The notes: generated by a model not told the origin, from the letters alone. Counted from the first letter of the stretch, positions 10,437 through 22,073 are shown. The stretch is 64,000 nucleotides of DNA from Candidatus Poribacteria bacterium (GCA_963663765.2 CAXXUA010000002.1:96001-160000); one strand, 5' to 3'. Numbers and translations are program-made.

Positions 10437-11582
10437 TTACTTTTTATCTGTGAATTGATAATCACCAAATTGCAGTACTTTTGTTTTTACGGCAATTTCC
10501 GATTTACAGCGGATATGAAATTCCTTCTTGTCAAAATCAGTATTTTCAATTATTCCGATTGTTATTGTATTTCCAGTTTCGTCAAGCATGCCTACAAGTC
10601 GTTGTTCAAAGTATGTTGGTCGCTCATAAGAAACAGTGGATAAACTTAGATAGTTTTTTAGGTGATTAGATGTAGCATGAGGTATTTTTCTTCGCGCAAT
10701 TAGGCATAAAGAACGGTGTCCCCATTCAGCGTATAGGATTTCGGTTTCAGTCAGTCCAGCAAGTATCTCTAATTCCTTTAGATTTGCTATTCTTCCATTA
10801 AAGAAAGGCGTTCGAGCCCCTCGAATTTGTTCAAAAGGTATTGTCTGACGTGTACTGTGTGAAAAGTATTGCTCAAACAGGTTTTTTCTATTTCGCTTTC
10901 GTAAAGGACTACTTTTTGCTCGGGTCGATCTATGTGGTAAAAGATAGTGTATTGTTGTCCAATTGAAATTCCTGTAGCTGCCGACGATTTGCTCAAATTC
11001 ATTGGACCGGCCGATACAAACGATATAGTGTGGTTGAATAAGGTCGATTTTGCTTTGCTTTAGGTAAATAGCAGCACGTTCATGTATGTAACCAGTTGTA
11101 TCTATGATAACCACATCAGTACTTTCTTCAAGTGCAGCATCTACCATGAGGCGAGTGCCAGATAAAACCGTCAGAAGATTACGGATGGGTGATAATGCTC
11201 CAATAAAGTATAGTCTGTCAGCATTTTGTGTTAATTCTGCATGGGATGTTAGGTGAGCATCATATTCCTTTCTGTCATCCGGATCAAGATTTTGTTGTAT
11301 AGAGTGAAAACCACCAAAAGGTAATTGCAACGAATTACCTACTTGCGTAGATTGAAACAGTTTCATACCTATTGTGGTGGGAGGTCCGATTTGAGATTGT
11401 CCGATATCTGCATCAACAAGTGCGACTTTTAACGTTGCAGCACAAGCGTAATCAACAAGGAATTTACAGAAAGATGTTTTTCCTGCATCCGATGCACCGA
11501 GAACAAGGATTCGTTTTTTAGGTGATACAATTTGACTTGCAAGTTTTTTCCAATCTGAGTTAATGTGGTATTTGCGATACAT
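10437..11582 (-). CDS. Clp1/Nol9/Grc3-family polynucleotide 5'-hydroxyl kinase
   Basis: GASDAGKT P-loop, DADIGQSQIGPP, IIDTTGY and RKRNR lid motif typical of Clp1-type kinases. Confidence 0.8.
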   Translation of the reverse strand: MYRKYHINSDWKKLASQIVSPKKRILVLGASDAGKTSFCKFLVDYACAATLKVALVDADIGQSQIGPPTTIGMKLFQSTQVGNSLQLPFGGFHSIQQNLDPDDRKEYDAHLTSHAELTQNADRLYFIGALSPIRNLLTVLSGTRLMVDAALEESTDVVIIDTTGYIHERAAIYLKQSKIDLIQPHYIVCIGRSNEFEQIVGSYRNFNWTTIHYLLPHRSTRAKSSPLRKRNRKNLFEQYFSHSTRQTIPFEQIRGARTPFFNGRIANLKELEILAGLTETEILYAEWGHRSLCLIARRKIPHATSNHLKNYLSLSTVSYERPTYFEQRLVGMLDETGNTITIGIIENTDFDKKEFHIRCKSEIAVKTKVLQFGDYQFTDKK

Positions 11583-11594
11583 GGAGGTTAACCG

Positions 11595-12461
11595 CTAATT
11601 TCCAAGACTGAGTTCATATCTGAATGTAACACCAGGAAAGCTGACGAAGTCGTCTAATTTGGGACTTTGTTCAATTCCGAGAAAGTATTCAAGAAGCGAC
11701 TTTTTTCTCTGAGATCGGAGGACTTTGGGAGTTCCATCAATGTTTCCAAGTTTTCCAGCGATTTTTATTGCGTCCTGTAAGTTTCCTAATTGGTCAACCA
11801 ATTTATGCGACTGTGCTTGTTTTCCAGAATAGATTCTACCGTCAGCAAGTTTGAGGATTTCGTCTCGCGTGAGATGTTCCGCACGAGATTGTGATATTGC
11901 ATCAACAAACTGATTGTAGACATCATCAACGGTTTCTTGAAGAGCAGCTTTTTCCTCAGCAGTTAGGTCGCGGAATGCAGAACCAGCATCTTTGAATTCT
12001 CCGCTTTTGATAATCTGTTGCTCTAAACCCACTTTTTCAAAGAGACCTTTCATTTTCGTAAACTGCATAATTACACCGATGCTACCCGTTAGCGTTCCAG
12101 GATTTGCGACTATAGTGTCTGCAGCACAAGCAATATAATAACCGCCTGATGCTGCTGTTCCACCCATTGATGTGACAATAGGCTTATCCAACTTGTTTAA
12201 TTCAGCAAAAATCTCCTGAACTGGTGCGACACTTCCTCCTGGTGTGTTGATTCGGAGGACAATTGCTTTTACATTTGGGTCATCCCGAAAAACATGGATG
12301 AGTTGAATGGTCGCATCTGATTTTGTGATGATTCCTGATATATCAAGGACAGCAACCTTTGGACCAAAGGAGATACCCCCAAAGATTAAAGGAATGATGA
12401 TAAATAGAAACACAAATCCTAATATAACAGATGTGATTATGACAAATATTTTCTTTTTCAT
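11595..12461 (-). CDS. sppA: Signal peptide peptidase SppA (36K type, S49)
   Basis: RINTPGGS, AASGGYYIA, TGSIGV, KSGEFKD, ADGRIYSG; N-terminal TM helix. Confidence 0.92.
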   Translation of the reverse strand: MKKKIFVIITSVILGFVFLFIIIPLIFGGISFGPKVAVLDISGIITKSDATIQLIHVFRDDPNVKAIVLRINTPGGSVAPVQEIFAELNKLDKPIVTSMGGTAASGGYYIACAADTIVANPGTLTGSIGVIMQFTKMKGLFEKVGLEQQIIKSGEFKDAGSAFRDLTAEEKAALQETVDDVYNQFVDAISQSRAEHLTRDEILKLADGRIYSGKQAQSHKLVDQLGNLQDAIKIAGKLGNIDGTPKVLRSQRKKSLLEYFLGIEQSPKLDDFVSFPGVTFRYELSLGN

Positions 12462-12548
12462 TTGATTTTAAGTGTACTATTGTTTGGCGGTTGTTGAGTC
12501 TATATGTTATCAGATTTTGCTTCTCTAATCAAGTAATAATATCAGGGT

Positions 12549-13037
12549 GGGTGTGTAAAGTTTTTGCACAAACTGCTCACTCTCCATTGTAGGGCGGGGT
12601 CTCTGTGCCCCACCGCAACTGAATAAATAAGAGATTGCGGGAACAGGACACATAGGTGTTGTCAACATAAGGAAATATTGTTAATATCAACCATACTCTT
12701 CAGTCCCGACAAATGCCATACGGGGAATGCCTAAATGGCATTCATACCGTTGATTTGGCGCATTTGGCGTTGATTTGGTAGGGACGATATGTTTATAGAA
12801 AACGAGTTCCCACGCCTTTTCAGTCCCGACAAATGCCATACGGGGAATGCCTAAATGGCATTCATACCGTTGATTTGGCGCATTTGGCGTTGATTTGGTA
12901 GGGACGATATGTTTATTCTTCTATGTCGTTCCTATGGAACTCAAGAGAGGGTTATTACGTCTTTCTATAGACATATCGTCCCTACGGGACAAAAGAGAAC
13001 AAAAGTGTGTACCTCTGTGCAAAAACTTTACACACCC
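12549..13037. mobile_element. MITE with 22-bp perfect TIRs and a 9-bp target duplication
   Basis: GGGTGTGTAAAGTTTTTGCACA (12549-12570) and TGTGCAAAAACTTTACACACCC (13016-13037), flanked by TATCAGGGT on both sides; non-coding, with an internal direct repeat of 120-bp period. Confidence 0.85.
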
Positions 13038-13042
13038 TATCA

Positions 13043-13158
13043 GGGTATTTCAGTTTTTGGCATTTTAGCTGTTTCCTGAGAAAATCGCGACCGGGAGGTC
13101 GCTCCTACCGCGGGGTTTCTTTTTCAAAAATCCAAAAATTAGGAAAACTGAATAACCC
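13043..13158. mobile_element. Short REP-containing MITE-like element whose left end was the target of the 12549-13037 MITE
   Basis: Imperfect IR GGGTATTTCAGTTTT / AAAACTGAATAACCC; internal TCGCGACCGGGAGGTCGCTCCTAC REP; GTAATAATAT found at 12533 and 13159. Confidence 0.55.
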
Positions 13159-13207
13159 GTAATAATATAAAGTTCACAGAGGTATCCATTTGTTATATGG
13201 CATCTTT

Positions 13208-13276
13208 GTAGGAGGGATTTGTAACTCCGATTTTCATGTAGGTCTGTTGAAATCGGGGTTGAAAACCCCTCCCACA
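13208..13276. repeat. REPIN-like inverted REP pair
   Basis: TGTAGGAGGGATTTGTAACTCCGATTT ... AAATCGGGGTTGAAAACCCCTCCCACA. Confidence 0.6.
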
Positions 13277-13349
13277 GGAGGTTAATATCCTTAAATTGAC
13301 GCTTAATTGATTGGGAAACCGCACATACCGAAAGTCAGTTCTTGTCGAT

Positions 13350-14039
13350 TTATTGTTGCAAATCATCATTCTTGAAATTCATGCTACTTTCTTTTTTTGG
13401 AAAAAAGATGACCCAAAGGGTTTTGAGCAACCACATAATATCAGTAAAGAAGCACTGTGTGGCAACATATTGAAGGTCAAGTGCTAACTTTCGTGGCATT
13501 AATTCAGTGATATAATATTGCTCTGGGTCTTTCTGTGCTTGTAGTTTTTTCTCTTCATTCCGGTTGGCTATCTGGGATGGACCTGAAATACCGGGTTTTA
13601 CTTGAAGCACTTGCTTTTGTGCATCATTGTAGTATTTGACGTAATTCGGTGCTTCTGGACGCGGACCAATTAGACTCATATCCCCTATGATGACATTGAT
13701 AAGGTTTGGCAGTTCATCCAACTTTGTAATCCTTAGCAGTTTTCCTATAGAAGTTACTCGTGGATCTTTATGGATTGTGAGACCTATTCCGAGTTGGTCT
13801 GCGTTGATAACCATTGTTCTGAATTTATACATTTCAAAAACTTTTCCATCCATTCCGACGCGTTTTGCTCGGTAGAACACTGGTCCTTTGGATTGAATTT
13901 TTGCAAGTAAACAAGCGAGGATGAAAAGAGGTGATACGATTAGGAAGGCAGTCGTTGAGAAAAGCAGGTCAAAGGAGCGTTTTGCCCAATTTGAACGATG
14001 ACGCACCCTAACTTCCAATGAAGCGGATTGGTTTTCCAT
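13350..14039 (-). CDS. Bacterial sugar transferase (initiating phosphoglycosyl transferase)
   Basis: KRSFDL, MYKFRTM, DPRVT, KLDELP, GDMSLIGPRPE, KPGISG. Confidence 0.92.
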   Translation of the reverse strand: MENQSASLEVRVRHRSNWAKRSFDLLFSTTAFLIVSPLFILACLLAKIQSKGPVFYRAKRVGMDGKVFEMYKFRTMVINADQLGIGLTIHKDPRVTSIGKLLRITKLDELPNLINVIIGDMSLIGPRPEAPNYVKYYNDAQKQVLQVKPGISGPSQIANRNEEKKLQAQKDPEQYYITELMPRKLALDLQYVATQCFFTDIMWLLKTLWVIFFPKKESSMNFKNDDLQQ

Positions 14040-14154
14040 TTCTCATACCAAACTGATTAGTACCTTTGGGGATGATATGTTTAAATAGTCATTATATTTT
14101 ACAAATCGTTCCTAATGAAGATGTGTTTATTAATTCGGTAACAAAATATTTCTC

Positions 14155-14255
14155 CAATGGTAGACGCGCTCGCTGTTGGGACTTGATTTGCCAGCGCCAA
14201 ATCAAGAAATCAACGGTATGAATGCCTTTTGGCATTCACCGCTTACAAAGCGCGC
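14155..14255. repeat. REPIN-like inverted REP pair with an inserted 43-nt hairpin module (14198-14240)
   Basis: GGTAGACGCGCTCGC ... GCTTACAAAGCGCGCCTACC; the insert is the reverse complement of the GAATGCC-hairpin module. Confidence 0.65.
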
Positions 14256-14306
14256 CTACCATTGTGTACGTAAATCGTGTGTGTTTTTAACCGAAATGAC
14301 AACACA

Positions 14307-16283
14307 CTATATTGCAGTATCTGTTGCTTCAGATTCCTCGTTTTCCATCTCGTTGGTAGAACTGATGAGATGTCTTCTGATATCAGCGTGTCTGTCTTCA
14401 CCAGTATCCGAGACGAATGTACGATTGGGTTCGTAAGCTGGAACTATTTCTTGGAACTTCTTAACTATTCCTTCAGTATCAAGTGCGTCTGCCAATTCAG
14501 AAAGGACACTGATTTGTGAGAGTAGCTGCTCCTCCTCAATATTTTCCATTTGTGCGACAAAGATACGTTGGTGTTTGGTCGCCGTCACACCTTCCTGTGG
14601 GGTAAGAAGTTCTTCATATAGTTTTTCACCCGGTTCCAAACCAGTGAAATCAATCTTTATATCCCTGTCAAGTTCTAAGCCGGAAAGTCTAATTAGGTCG
14701 CGTGCAAGGTCAAGTATTTTTATGGGTTCTCCCATATCCAGCATCAGTATTTCTCCGCCATTTCCCATGGCACCAGCTTGAATGAGCAGTTGCACTGCTT
14801 CCGGTATTGTCATAAAGTATCGTGTTGCTTCGCGGTGTGTGACAGTCACTGGACCACCCTTAGCAATCTGTCTTTTGAAATTCGGTAAGACGCTCGCGCG
14901 ACTCCCGATGACATTACCGAACCGAACAGCGATGAATTTTGTTCCATTGCGATTCGCTTTACACTGAATTAGTTTTTCGGTGACACGTTTTGATGCTCCA
15001 TACACACTCGTAGGATTAACAGATTTATCTGATGATACAAGTATAAATGCTTCAACATGATGCTTTATTGCCGCATCTATAAGGTTTTTGGTGCCGATTA
15101 TGTTATTCTTCACTGCCTCATCGGGGTGATTTTCCATGAATTTGACATGTTTGTGTGCAGCGGCATGGAAGATGATATGTGGACGGTACTTTTCAATAAT
15201 TTGATAGACTTTTGAGTTATCCCGTATATCACCGATAATCAATTCACGGTTGAGTTGTGGGTCAGATTCACGCAATTCCAAGTCAATGTGATATATACTG
15301 TTTTCCCCACGTCCAAACAGGATTAGTAGTTCAGGATCAAGTTTTGCTACTTGTCGGCATAATTCAGAGCCTATTGAACCCCCTGCACCGGTCACCATCA
15401 CCCTTTTACCAGAGAGATATTTTGAAATCTCGGCTAAATCTATTGGGGAAGTGGATCGGTTGAGTAGGTCTTCTAATTTGACTTCCCGAATATGACTGAT
15501 GCTGACGCGCCCATCAAGTATAGCGTGTATATTTGGAACGATTTTGAATTGACAACGTCTGTATTCACACTGTCGGATAATATCTCGTATTTTTCCACCG
15601 GGTGCTGAAGGCATTGCGATGATTACTTCTTCAATCTCACGTTTCCTTGCGATATAGGTAAGGTCTCTGGTAGTTCCCAGGACTTCAAGTCCTGCTATTG
15701 TTTTACCAACTTTTTGTGTATTATCGTCAATAAAACCTATGGGGAGGTATCCCTTTTCGGGATGGCTTCGCAATTCTTTTAACACACCTATTCCAGCAGT
15801 TCCTGCTCCGACAATTAGTATTTTTGTGCGTGGCGGTGCCACCTCTTTGAGTCTGCCTTCACGAAATATGCTATAGGAGAACTTAACAATACCAATAAAA
15901 ATCGCGCAGTATATACCGTCAACTAAAAAGAAACTCCACGTATCAAATCGCTTCAGAAAAGCTGTGATACAAATAATAGCAAAAGTTGATACGCATATTG
16001 CTGTAGTAAATGTGCGAAATTCCTTCACTCCAGCATATCGCCATATCGGTTTATATATCTTAAAGTAAAAGAAGGTAGTGATACGTGCTAATGTTACTAC
16101 AAAACCTATACAAACTAAGAGCTGCGTAGTTGACAACTCTGATAGCATTGTGATTTCTTGAAATTGTGCTATTAAATCAAAGTTTAGTTGTTTACATGTA
16201 AGATAAGTTAATATGAATGCAAGATTAACGAGAAAAACGTCAATTACAAGTGAGGAACTCCATTTTTTCTTGGTTTTTTCCAT
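14307..16283 (-). CDS. Polysaccharide biosynthesis NDP-sugar 4,6-dehydratase (CapD/PglF family)
   Basis: N-terminal TMs, IVGAGTAG, VTGAGGSIGSELCRQ, FHAAAHKHV, SSDKSVNP, YGASK, RFGNV, GEKLYEEL. Confidence 0.93.
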   Translation of the reverse strand: MEKTKKKWSSSLVIDVFLVNLAFILTYLTCKQLNFDLIAQFQEITMLSELSTTQLLVCIGFVVTLARITTFFYFKIYKPIWRYAGVKEFRTFTTAICVSTFAIICITAFLKRFDTWSFFLVDGIYCAIFIGIVKFSYSIFREGRLKEVAPPRTKILIVGAGTAGIGVLKELRSHPEKGYLPIGFIDDNTQKVGKTIAGLEVLGTTRDLTYIARKREIEEVIIAMPSAPGGKIRDIIRQCEYRRCQFKIVPNIHAILDGRVSISHIREVKLEDLLNRSTSPIDLAEISKYLSGKRVMVTGAGGSIGSELCRQVAKLDPELLILFGRGENSIYHIDLELRESDPQLNRELIIGDIRDNSKVYQIIEKYRPHIIFHAAAHKHVKFMENHPDEAVKNNIIGTKNLIDAAIKHHVEAFILVSSDKSVNPTSVYGASKRVTEKLIQCKANRNGTKFIAVRFGNVIGSRASVLPNFKRQIAKGGPVTVTHREATRYFMTIPEAVQLLIQAGAMGNGGEILMLDMGEPIKILDLARDLIRLSGLELDRDIKIDFTGLEPGEKLYEELLTPQEGVTATKHQRIFVAQMENIEEEQLLSQISVLSELADALDTEGIVKKFQEIVPAYEPNRTFVSDTGEDRHADIRRHLISSTNEMENEESEATDTAI

Positions 16284-16468
16284 ATTACCTCCTTTGTTTT
16301 TTCGTATTATGTATATGATATTGGAAAAGTATAAATAACATTTCCTATTTGGATCTATCGTTCTGTTACAACCTATCCTATAATGGTAAGAAGGTTTTCA
16401 AACCCCGATTTACCAGACACACGAACCTGTGAATTTGGACAAAATCGCATTTATGAGATGCGCTTTAG

Positions 16469-17704
16469 TTAAATCTGTGCGTAAACCTGTTCTAATTTTT
16501 CGCCAAGTACCTCCCAATCATAGCTCATTTCCACACGTTTTCTACCCGCACTAGCAAACTTTTCCCGAATGTCCGGATTTTCAATGAGGTGTATTACACG
16601 TTCAGCGAAAGTTTCAGGAGTATCAGCGACTTGCAATTCAGTGCCTGTCTCTGCCTTAATCCCCATTGCTCCGATTGTAGTTGTAACAACGGGAATTGTC
16701 ATAGCCATTGCTTCTAAGTTCTTTGTTTGAATTCCCGAACCTGCGCGTAAAGGTGCTACAAAAACGGATGCTTTCTCAAAATATGGACGAATATCGGGAA
16801 CATAACCAGTGACAACAACCCCTTTTTGTTCAGCAAGACGACGAACTTGTTCTGTTGGATGATTGCCCACAATATAAAATGTTGCATCGGGATGACGTTT
16901 ATGTATTAAAGGTAGAATAGTGTTACAGAAATAGATGACAGCATCAGAGTTGGGAAAATAGTTCATTGTACCCGTAAACAGCAAGTTTTTTGCTTTATCT
17001 TGTAATTGTTCATTTTTGGTTGTAGAAGTCTGATGATTCAATTCTGCATAACTTTCGCTGTTTTCGGACTGTGGATTGAAATACGTGAGGTCTACCCCCA
17101 TAGGTACGACAGATAAATTCAAACTGTCGTCTTGATTCATCAGGTAGTCACGATCAAATTGTGCGACGACAGTGCCACAGTCAAATTCTTTGACGATATC
17201 AACTTCATAACGTCTAACCCGTTTTTCTTCCAATTTTACCAAAAACCTTTTTGGTGTGCAATCTAATTCTGCACGGCGACTTAAATTTAGTGCCAACGAA
17301 TCACATAAATCCAAAACCTTAGTTATTCCCTTTGTTTTTGCAACATACTGACCCATCCTAAAAAGTTGTGCATGGATAAGTTGATAATCCGCCTCATCCA
17401 AAAGTTTGTAAATTGTTTTTTGCATTTGAGGAGAATACCAATAATGCACCTGCATAGGTGTGCGTGACAAACAGTGTATTGCTGTGTTTAATGTTGCATA
17501 ATTACGACTAAACCTTACCCACTCGATCCGCTTGCAGAAAGGTTCAAGGTGTTTGACAGACTCAATGTCCGACTCTGATTCAGCAAAAAAGACTAAAGTA
17601 ATTTCGTGTCGTTTAGATAGCTGCTTGATAAAATTGTATGAACGAATTCGATCTCCACGTTGTGGTGGATAGGGACACCTTAAACTCAAGAATAGAATAC
17701 GCAT
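16469..17704 (-). CDS. GT4 glycosyltransferase
   Basis: PYPPQRGDRIRSY, FTGTMNYFPN, GSGIQTKNLEAMA. Confidence 0.9.
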   Translation of the reverse strand: MRILFLSLRCPYPPQRGDRIRSYNFIKQLSKRHEITLVFFAESESDIESVKHLEPFCKRIEWVRFSRNYATLNTAIHCLSRTPMQVHYWYSPQMQKTIYKLLDEADYQLIHAQLFRMGQYVAKTKGITKVLDLCDSLALNLSRRAELDCTPKRFLVKLEEKRVRRYEVDIVKEFDCGTVVAQFDRDYLMNQDDSLNLSVVPMGVDLTYFNPQSENSESYAELNHQTSTTKNEQLQDKAKNLLFTGTMNYFPNSDAVIYFCNTILPLIHKRHPDATFYIVGNHPTEQVRRLAEQKGVVVTGYVPDIRPYFEKASVFVAPLRAGSGIQTKNLEAMAMTIPVVTTTIGAMGIKAETGTELQVADTPETFAERVIHLIENPDIREKFASAGRKRVEMSYDWEVLGEKLEQVYAQI

Positions 17705-17720
17705 TAGTTGTTAATACTTG

Positions 17721-17915
17721 TTATTTTGAAGGCAATTCTGCTTCATCAATCAACATGACAGGTATCCCATCACGAATTGGATAACGACGTTTACATTCAC
17801 CCCGACATACCAGTTTTTGTTCTTCTTCTATAAGTTCAATTTTGCCCTTACATGCAGGACATGCAAGAATATCAAGCAATGTTTGCGATAATGTGTAAGG
17901 CTTTTCAGATTTCAA
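17721..17915 (-). CDS. Trm112-family protein (YcaR-like)
   Basis: LLDILACPACKG...CRGEC...YPIRDGIPVMLIDEA. Confidence 0.88.
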   Translation of the reverse strand: MKSEKPYTLSQTLLDILACPACKGKIELIEEEQKLVCRGECKRRYPIRDGIPVMLIDEAELPSK

Positions 17916-17979
17916 GACATTACTCCATAGTTAAAAACGAAGGAAATATAAATTATCTTCAACAAATTTTATGCATTTA

Positions 17980-20670
17980 TTAGCGTCCGTGACATTTTTT
18001 GAATTTTTTACCACTACCACAAGGACAAGGTGCGTTTCTTCCCACTTTTGGCATGTTTCCCATTGCCTCTTGTGATGCGAATTCTGCTGCACTTCTACTA
18101 TCTTGAGGTCTGGTTCTTTGAGGAGGTGTGCGACGTGATCGCGCTGGCTGTCTGTTCGGCATGCGACGTGGTGCTTCTACATTAACACGCGATTTGAAGA
18201 TATACTCACTGACTTCTCTCTCAATGGTTTGATACATGGACTCAAAAATACCAAGTGCTTCACTCTTGAATACCACAATTGGATCTTTCCCGCCGTAGCC
18301 AGATAACCTAATCTCCTGTTCAATAAATTCAATGTTGTAAAGGTGATCTTTCCAATGATGATCAATTCTATCTAAGAGCAGTAACCTTTCAAGTAACCGC
18401 ATTTTCTCTGAACTCATTTCTGTTTCACGACTTTCATATAATACCTCGAGTTCTGACAAGATTTGCTCATGAAGATCTTCTGGTGCAATTTCATTTAGAG
18501 GTGTTCCATAAGATGGTGTGATAGAAAATGTAGTTGTCATCCATTTTGTAAATTGTTCTATTTCTTCTTCCGCTCTTGGTCCTTTCTCAGGTATAAATTC
18601 GCTAATCCTATCATAAACCACATTATCAATCATTTCCCATACAGTATCTTTTGGATTTTCTTCAGCAATAATTGAGTCTCTTAATGAATAGATCGTGCTA
18701 CGTTGTGCATCCATGACATCATCATATTTGAGAATATTCTTCCTAATATCAAAGTTCATCTGTTCCACGCGAGTTTGTGCTTTCTCAATTGATTTTGTAA
18801 TCCAAGGGTGTTCAATCGGAATGGTATCATCCTTTGCCACCCGTTCCATAAAACCGTGTAGTCTTTCTGAACCGAATTTTTTCATCAAGTCATCTTCAAG
18901 CGATAGGTAGAACCGTGATGAACCTGGATCACCTTGTCTTCCTGCACGACCCCGCAATTGATTGTCTATCCGTCGGGAATCATGACGTTCTGTTCCAACG
19001 ATGTGCAGTCCACCTGCTTTTAGTACTTTCTCTCGGTCTGCATTACAGATTGCTTCTGCTTCAGCCAATGCTGCTGCATACTCCTCAGACTCTGGTGTCA
19101 ACTCATTTATATCAATCTTTTTCTTACGAAGTGCGTCTTTTGCTAAACCTTCAGGATTACCTCCAAGTAAAATGTCAACACCTCTACCCGCCATGTTGGT
19201 AGCAATCGTAACTGACCCTGGTATTCCTGCTTGTGCAATGATATCTGCTTCACGTGCGTGTTCCTTTGCATTTAAGATTTGGTGCTTGATATTCTTGTGT
19301 CTTGATCTGAGAAGTTTACTTAATTTTTCTGAGTTTTCAATGGAAATTGTACCTACAAGCACAGGTCGTCCGTTTTCGGTCTGTTCAACGATATCATCCA
19401 AAACAGCCGTATATTTTGCTTCCTCAGACCTATAGATTTGGTCTGGGTGATCCATCCGTATCATCGGTTCATTTGTTGGAACCACGACGACATCTAACCT
19501 GTAGATGTGGGCAAATTCTTCTGCTTCTGTTGCAGCCGTACCCGTCATACCAGCAAGTTTGTCGTACATTCTGAAATAGTTTTGGTAAGTTATCTTCGCA
19601 AAAGTTTCATCCTCTTGTGCAATACTAACCCGTTCTTTCGCTTCAATGGCTTGATGCAGCCCTTCTGTTAGACGACGACCAACCAACTTTCTACCAGTAA
19701 ATTCATCTATGAGTAATACCTCACTGTTTTCAACAAGGTAGTCTATGTCGCGTTTGTAGAGATGATGTGAAACCAATGATTGCTGAATATGATGTACCAT
19801 CATGACATTATTGTGATCATATAAATTTTCTATACCGAGACGCTGCTGTACTTCTTCAATACCGTCATCTGTCAGATGCACAGTCCCACGAGATTTTCCC
19901 TTCTGGTCAATCTCATAATGTTCTTCGTTTTTGAGTTGTGTCACAACACTATTGATTCTGCGATAGAGTTCTGCGGGTTTATCGGAAGGGTCGGAAATAA
20001 TCAATGGTGTACGTGCTTCGTCAATAAGGATACTATCAACTTCGTCAAGAATCGCATAAGTGTGACCGCGTTGCAATTTTGTTTCCATTACATGTGCACG
20101 GTTATCGTTCAGATAATCAAATCCGAACTGACTATGAACTCCATATATGATATCCATTTTATATGACATTTTTTTCTGTTCGTGTGGCATGCGGTTCAAT
20201 GTCAAACCGACAGACATACCAAGAAAGTTATATATCTGTCCCATCCATTCTGCATCACGACGTGCCAGATAATCATTGACGGTTGCAAGGTGTACACCTT
20301 TACCTGTCAGCGCATTCAGATAAACTGCAAGAGTAGATGTTAGGGTCTTACCTTCCCCTGTTCTCATCTCAGCAATACATCCTTGATGGAGTGCGGCACC
20401 ACCTATAATTTGAACATCGTAATGCCTTTGACTTAATGTGCGTATTGCTGTTTCGCGCACTACAGCGAACGCTTCGGGTAAAAGTGCATCAAGAGGTTCA
20501 CCAGCGTCTAACCGTTGACGAAAGTAGGGAGTTTTTGCTTGCAACTGTGCATCAGAAAGTTTTTTTGTCTCCGCTTCACGTTGATTGACAGCTTCTACGA
20601 TATCCCGATAACGTTTGACATCGCGATCTTCCTTGCTACCAAAAACCTTTGTCATTACTTTTTCAAACAT
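17980..20670 (-). CDS. secA: Preprotein translocase subunit SecA
   Basis: [49 protein letters not shown]-terminal [13 protein letters not shown]; probable ATG at 20670. Confidence 0.97.
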   Translation of the reverse strand: MFEKVMTKVFGSKEDRDVKRYRDIVEAVNQREAETKKLSDAQLQAKTPYFRQRLDAGEPLDALLPEAFAVVRETAIRTLSQRHYDVQIIGGAALHQGCIAEMRTGEGKTLTSTLAVYLNALTGKGVHLATVNDYLARRDAEWMGQIYNFLGMSVGLTLNRMPHEQKKMSYKMDIIYGVHSQFGFDYLNDNRAHVMETKLQRGHTYAILDEVDSILIDEARTPLIISDPSDKPAELYRRINSVVTQLKNEEHYEIDQKGKSRGTVHLTDDGIEEVQQRLGIENLYDHNNVMMVHHIQQSLVSHHLYKRDIDYLVENSEVLLIDEFTGRKLVGRRLTEGLHQAIEAKERVSIAQEDETFAKITYQNYFRMYDKLAGMTGTAATEAEEFAHIYRLDVVVVPTNEPMIRMDHPDQIYRSEEAKYTAVLDDIVEQTENGRPVLVGTISIENSEKLSKLLRSRHKNIKHQILNAKEHAREADIIAQAGIPGSVTIATNMAGRGVDILLGGNPEGLAKDALRKKKIDINELTPESEEYAAALAEAEAICNADREKVLKAGGLHIVGTERHDSRRIDNQLRGRAGRQGDPGSSRFYLSLEDDLMKKFGSERLHGFMERVAKDDTIPIEHPWITKSIEKAQTRVEQMNFDIRKNILKYDDVMDAQRSTIYSLRDSIIAEENPKDTVWEMIDNVVYDRISEFIPEKGPRAEEEIEQFTKWMTTTFSITPSYGTPLNEIAPEDLHEQILSELEVLYESRETEMSSEKMRLLERLLLLDRIDHHWKDHLYNIEFIEQEIRLSGYGGKDPIVVFKSEALGIFESMYQTIEREVSEYIFKSRVNVEAPRRMPNRQPARSRRTPPQRTRPQDSRSAAEFASQEAMGNMPKVGRNAPCPCGSGKKFKKCHGR

Positions 20671-20772
20671 TATATTATAAGAATATATCAAACAATGTTA
20701 ATGATTCATCTCATTTTACATTATTCATGTGTTAATTCTACACATTAACTACAATGATGCACCTGTTTAATA

Positions 20773-21936
20773 TCATTCATCTCCTGTATCTTGTGGTTGT
20801 GACTCTTCTAATGCTGTCGTTTCCGTTTTATCTAAGACATTGTCTCCTTCAACGTGATTCCGTACAATTGAATATATTATAGTTGTGCCAACTGATGCCA
20901 AAGAGAAAAGATAAGCCATAACACTACTAATTACACATATCAGTGTAATTGTAATAAATATTGCACTAATGGTTACTGGATAAGAGGTAATAGGAGGCAT
21001 GGCAATATCAGTACCAATGAAAGGAATACCATTTTCAAAGAAAATACTAACGATTTTTTCAACCGAACTACTTAACCATTTTAATGCGTTCCCTAACCAC
21101 TTGTTTGTTAGTCCTATAGAACCTTGAATTACTTCAGGATGTAGACCATGTATGGGTAATATTGCGATCAAAAAACCAGCAAAGCAAAACACTATCCAAA
21201 ACGGCAAGAGCATTAGTTTTAAGACAAACAAAAGAATACCATAACCTATCAGTCGCCAAGGCTGATTCCATAGAATTGCAAATATCTGATAGAGTGTTTC
21301 AAACGCATCAGCACCTGTGGTTGCAACAATTGCTGGAACAAAAAACAAGCTGCAGATACATGCAACTGCTAATAATGCAATAAGTAGTCCAAGTAAAAAA
21401 CCGAGAGGTGTAAAGAGGGAAGAAAAGACCAGAATCGGTTGACCGATCATCGGGATCTTTCCAAGCAATGCGATGGTAACTGGAATCAGCAATAGAAGGA
21501 GTATTAAGAAAGGTAATCCGATAAACACACCTAATACAGTTTTCCATTTCTCTTTGATGAAATGCAGTGAATTACCAACTGAAAAGAAAACATCACCACG
21601 TAATTGCTCAATGGTGATTTTAGATGTCATTGTACTTGTTAGGAAAAAGATTGCTGCGAGTGTTACAAAACCTAACCACATTGCGATTGACGTGATTAGT
21701 GTAACTTCCGAACTCAGAAATGGTGCAACAGGTAATAATCCATAGTCGTTCCAATATGTTTTTATTCCTGCGCCACCTGAAATCACGAGGCTTAAATATA
21801 CTAAAGATTCATAGATTAGGTAACCGAGTAATAGCCCTATTAAGTGAACGCTTATCTTACGTCCACTAAAACCTAAGCGGCTAATTTTGAAAATATCTCG
21901 GTAATTGAAGTGAAATTTATCCATGTTGTTCGCCAC
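20773..21936 (-). CDS. Multi-pass membrane protein, function unknown
   Basis: 387-aa ORF with several hydrophobic helices, co-oriented with secA. Confidence 0.75.
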   Translation of the reverse strand: MANNMDKFHFNYRDIFKISRLGFSGRKISVHLIGLLLGYLIYESLVYLSLVISGGAGIKTYWNDYGLLPVAPFLSSEVTLITSIAMWLGFVTLAAIFFLTSTMTSKITIEQLRGDVFFSVGNSLHFIKEKWKTVLGVFIGLPFLILLLLLIPVTIALLGKIPMIGQPILVFSSLFTPLGFLLGLLIALLAVACICSLFFVPAIVATTGADAFETLYQIFAILWNQPWRLIGYGILLFVLKLMLLPFWIVFCFAGFLIAILPIHGLHPEVIQGSIGLTNKWLGNALKWLSSSVEKIVSIFFENGIPFIGTDIAMPPITSYPVTISAIFITITLICVISSVMAYLFSLASVGTTIIYSIVRNHVEGDNVLDKTETTALEESQPQDTGDE

Positions 21937-22073
21937 ATTTCTTGATGATAATTCTTGAACTATTAATGCCCGTTCGTGAGTTGACTAGAACTATATTCAG
22001 GTGGAAAAGTCTTTCGTATATCTCACTTATAATACCATAATTAACCATTTTCTGTCAAATAATTTTGGAGAAG

